Below, piece by piece: positions 60,300 through 64,000 of a stretch of 64,000 bases of DNA. The DNA lies in NCBI GenBank assembly GCA_965637545.1, contig OZ281495.1:24924001-24988000 (forward strand). Reading direction: 5' to 3'. The first letter of the stretch is position 1. Each line of letters starts with the position of its first letter. Source of the stretch: Phallusia mammillata (Eukaryota). The notes under the pieces are model-generated. The model was given only the letters and a program-made list of their open reading frames with translations. It was not told the DNA's origin and made no database searches. The position numbers and the translations under genes were made by a program.

Positions 60300-63200
60300 C
60301 TAATTGGAGGCAACAAACTCAGTCATAAAACTTAAAAAGAAGTCGCTTAGTCTGCCTTCTGAATTGGAACAAAATCGGACGAAACTCTGCTCAATATCAT
60401 GAGCTGGATACTCCGACGTCAAGCGCCAGCGCTTAGTCTGCATATAATTAGTGGACCAGTAAAAACCGGTTGAATTCAGTTCCGACTCGGACATAAAGTT
60501 TTGTTGGTGCGACTGACTTTCACTGGGTTCAGATCGCTTGGTCGGTCGGTGCCTCAAGCTGATAGAATGGCGTTGAACCATGTGATTATGGACTGGAATT
60601 TGAGCAAAGGCCTGCCCCGTGCAGTGAATGTAGTTTTGTGAAATTGTATGCTTTGCATTTGCGTCGAGGTGCCGTGACTCCGTGTCGTCCTGGATAAAGC
60701 CGAACCTTCCAAAAATGATTTGGTTGTTGTGAATATAAAATCGATATTTTAGTGCTGTTAGCTTGGTCTATGGGTATTAGTGCAAAAACAAGGCACAAAG
60801 ATACGAAACGATCACCAAAAACAACTAACTAAACTTTAGTAGCACTTGCGTTTGAACAGTTTGCAAGATTTCGTTTAACTAACAAGCATGGGAAGTTAAA
60901 AACTTGATAATTAACAAATAAGCGAACAAATCGCATAGATTACATAAAACGAGCCCAGGCAAGTTAAGATGTAAAGTTTTTTTCCAACACCTTGATATTG
61001 CGTAGGAGGATTTGGCCATTAAAAAGAAACCACATACGTCCCAACTAAGTACCAGCAGTACAGTCATTTATTACATCAATGTCAAACACATTACTCCATA
61101 CATCATGACCACATGTTTCACAACAGCTTCCAAGCAAATTAGATAATTTTAACTGTTTAAACCAGGGAAGTACAACCTTTACACTGACGGGGCAAATATG
61201 ATTCACCAAATTAGATCCCAAGCCGCACCTTTACATAACAAAAGTTTAATTGGGCGTGTTGCGTACCAGGGCGTTTATATCGAGTTAACTGCCACCAGTA
61301 CAGGATCAAAAACAATGCATCGGACGCATTAATTATTTCATAAAAATATAATACGATGACTAACACATTGAAATGTTTTAGCGGACCACACTTCAATTAA
61401 GCCCAAAGTCTTTGCATGTCGCATGACCTTTATTCAATAACCCCATTCAGTACGCAAATTACACAACCCTTATTTAACGTTTTTTAGGCCCTATAATGTT
61501 GTGCCTGGTGGTCTACAGCAATATTGACTTTCGAACTCGCCGGAATTTGTACAGTTTTCACACGTATACCCATTGCTAAAGTTCAAGGTCCGAAAGAAGC
61601 CATTATTACACCAAGGCCCCATATCGTACCAACTGTGTAAGTTTTATTTCGTTAAATCCTGGTCTGTTTGGCCATTTTAGATCAGGCGAAGTAACTGCGA
61701 TACTATTGAAATGCATACACTTTAATGGATCTATTTCACAGTGTGTGAAAATCATACCTTACATCAAGCATTTAGCCTTCAAAACTACTGCTTAATAGTT
61801 TTATCATTGAAGGGCGGTCAATTTAATGTCATCAAACTCAATACTACTATTCACAAAATGTAAACTTCCTCTAGATTTTCAATCAATCACGTACAAATAA
61901 GCCTGACTAACGTATAAAACCGTTTTGTCTTTTTGGTTCCCTTGGGTTTATGAAGTCAATGAAACCAAACAATACACTAGAAGTTAAAACAGTGCGATAA
62001 CATAATGAGAAAAACAAATGATTTTAATTAATAACTGAACGTGCATGCGACAAATTCTCATTGGTTTTAATAAATTTTTTAATCTTAATTGATTTCATTA
62101 CGATATAACAGTGTTATGACTTCTGGTGTTTGGTTTTAACTGATTTTAGAAACAACCAAATGATTTTAACTAAAAACTGAATGTGCATGCGACAATTTCT
62201 CATTGTTACCAGACTAACAGCAATGCCAAATAAGGAAGGCTACACACCACTACAATATGTATACTTTTAAGTGTGGTACAAATCAACCATACGTTTTTAA
62301 CATAAACAAACGGGGTTTTAGTGGAAAAGGGTAAATAGATATAGCACTAACAATAAAGACAACATTTAATTGCTTTTTGAATTACAACTAAATCAGCATG
62401 CAGTTTTGAAATGAAAAAAAAAACTGTACAGCTTTTGCCTCTGACACCTGACAGCATTGTTGACTAAAAGCAGCGCCTCAACTAAAACTTTTATCTCTAT
62501 TTCCGCCTGCTTACTATAGTGTTTCAAATGCAACAGCTGACACGCAAAAAAACTTATGCTCCTGTTCAATTGGGGCAGTTACAGTCGTTCCTACACGTTC
62601 AACAGGCTAGCGCGTTGACACATCTCATCATAATCAAATGAAACAGCACAGTAAAACGCAGTCCGGAAAGCACAGCAACTGCTCTTCTCCTCTTATCGCG
62701 GTAAAAAAGGGAGTGAAAATGAGAGAGCCAGGCTGGCCACAAAGGGTATGTGCCATTAAGTGTATAGCCGGCGGTGGTAGGGTATTGGGTGTCAGGGCCA
62801 TTACAGATCTAGCCTACCCAAAATCGATTTCAATACACCTAGTTTGGTAAAATGTATTCAAACCAATACAAACGTTTACTGACTTGCACCCGTTTGTTGA
62901 TACATAAACACAAAGTTACGTGTCTAATTTGCAGCTTGCAAATCAAGAACAAGAAACATACAGGCCAATATATTCAAGTAAAAAATGACGGTTTGTCATT
63001 TTCAAACAAACAGTTTCAAATGTCAGTATATTTTTGGCAATAGGCCTATCAAGCTTCAAACACGGTGTAATGTGCGAAAAAAAGCGATGGAAAAAAGTGC
63101 CGAATGATATTTAAAGGAAGCAGCTGATTTTAGAAAATAACACAAAAACAAATACCTGTGTAAAATTGCCTCCATGAATGATATCATCGCTTCTCTGTAC

Positions 63201-63977
63201 CATGCCATGTTCTTCGCAAGCTCTAATATCACCCAAATACAAAGATTAGGAATGACGCGTGAATTCTCTTGTGTTTGAGAATACAAAGAGGGCACTATGC
63301 GCAAAAACCACAAGTATAATCCTTATCCATTACGGCTGCCAGGATTTTGTTGGCTTTGCGGACGCGTTTAAAGGAATTGTGTCAGTTATTGCTTGTTTCT
63401 TTCACAAGCTTACTTTCGCTACGTATGGCTTCAAACGAATTATTTAGGATGTGCCTTTAACAATAATTTGTCGTGTTTTGTGGTTAATGGCCGGTAGGCC
63501 AACGTTTTTTGGCAAAACTTTTAACCGCAGAACTAGAACACAAATATAACAGATTTATAGAAATTGTGGAATTTGTGGCGTCAGCATCATGTAGACCTCC
63601 TCTTTACAGGTAAATAAAGTTACATGGAAAGCTTTTGCGTGAAGCAGCAAGTCGTCAAAACCCAAAAACTTAATCCAAACTATAGCGGGCCACACGCAAC
63701 ACAACTTGAAAAACTTGGAGCACCTCTGCTGTACATTAATTATTATCTTTCTCTTAAAATATTTATATTCACACAATCCGTACTTGCTCCGCTCCGCTAC
63801 TTCTTATTTACCTTTGAATTCAGTAGTGGTTTCGAGCAAATCCTTCACATTGAGGGGAACAAACAACGGGCTCCGTAGAGGTCCACTTGCTCCACTGCGC
63901 GGGAATGAGAACGGGTCGCTAGGCACAGGTAAGAGATAGAGATCGTTTGACGATGCTTTGCGCGCCCACAATTGCAG
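60300..63977 (-). CDS. DEPDC5: GATOR1 subunit DEPDC5 (Iml1), last two exons; the gene continues beyond the window
   Basis: Exon 63812-63977 (LWARKASSNDLYLLPVPSDPF...PLRSPLFVPLN) and exon 60300-60754 (RFGFIQD...QNYIHCTGQAFAQI...GFYWSTNYMQTKRWR...FVRFCSNSEGRLSDFF) match, from memory, the DEPDC5 C-terminal domain. They join in phase 1. Confidence 0.85.
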
Positions 63978-64000
63978 CTGTACCAAGAAATGACATGTTT

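Noticed and set aside
63056-63447. ORFs within the 3-kb DEPDC5 intron
   Set aside because: No domain signature, and the flanking DEPDC5 exons join in phase without them.
1-64000. tRNA, rRNA, snRNA or SL RNA genes
   Set aside because: GTTCGA-containing sites (e.g. ~1271, ~37648, ~47456) do not fold into cloverleaves by eye, and no rRNA or SL-leader sequence was recognised. tRNAscan/Infernal were not run.

Overview
AT-rich, gene-dense metazoan genomic DNA with short spliceosomal introns. It is not prokaryotic. The compact, operon-like gene packing suggests an ascidian or similar invertebrate, which is inference only. The first 20 kb hold housekeeping genes: the 3' end of an unidentified gene, PTGES3/p23, EMC4, FDXR, an LRR gene, COX10, OXLD1 and SETD9. 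Next come two tandem PhyH-family (Fe/2OG dioxygenase) genes. The first carries an intact BEL/Pao LTR retrotransposon (identical-looking 721-bp LTRs, 5-bp TSD, 1911-aa ORF) in intron 6. Five apparently intact SLC16/MCT transporter paralogues follow on the minus strand, interspersed with a decayed Kolobok transposon, a deleted PhyH copy, hAT and Mutator-like MITEs and a 2.2-kb tandem duplication. The window ends in the 3' exons of DEPDC5. The most notable observations are four. (1) The SETD9 stop is joined in frame to the OXLD1 start by only TAG-CCA-ATG. (2) A three-copy short repeat has a minimal hammerhead-ribozyme core; one copy lies downstream of a stop codon and one in an intron, both in sense orientation. 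(3) There are operon-like polyA-signal/acceptor junctions at LRR->FDXR and DEPDC5->SLC16. (4) The BEL element has no recognisable tRNA primer-binding site. Exon structures were spliced by hand and no database searches were run.
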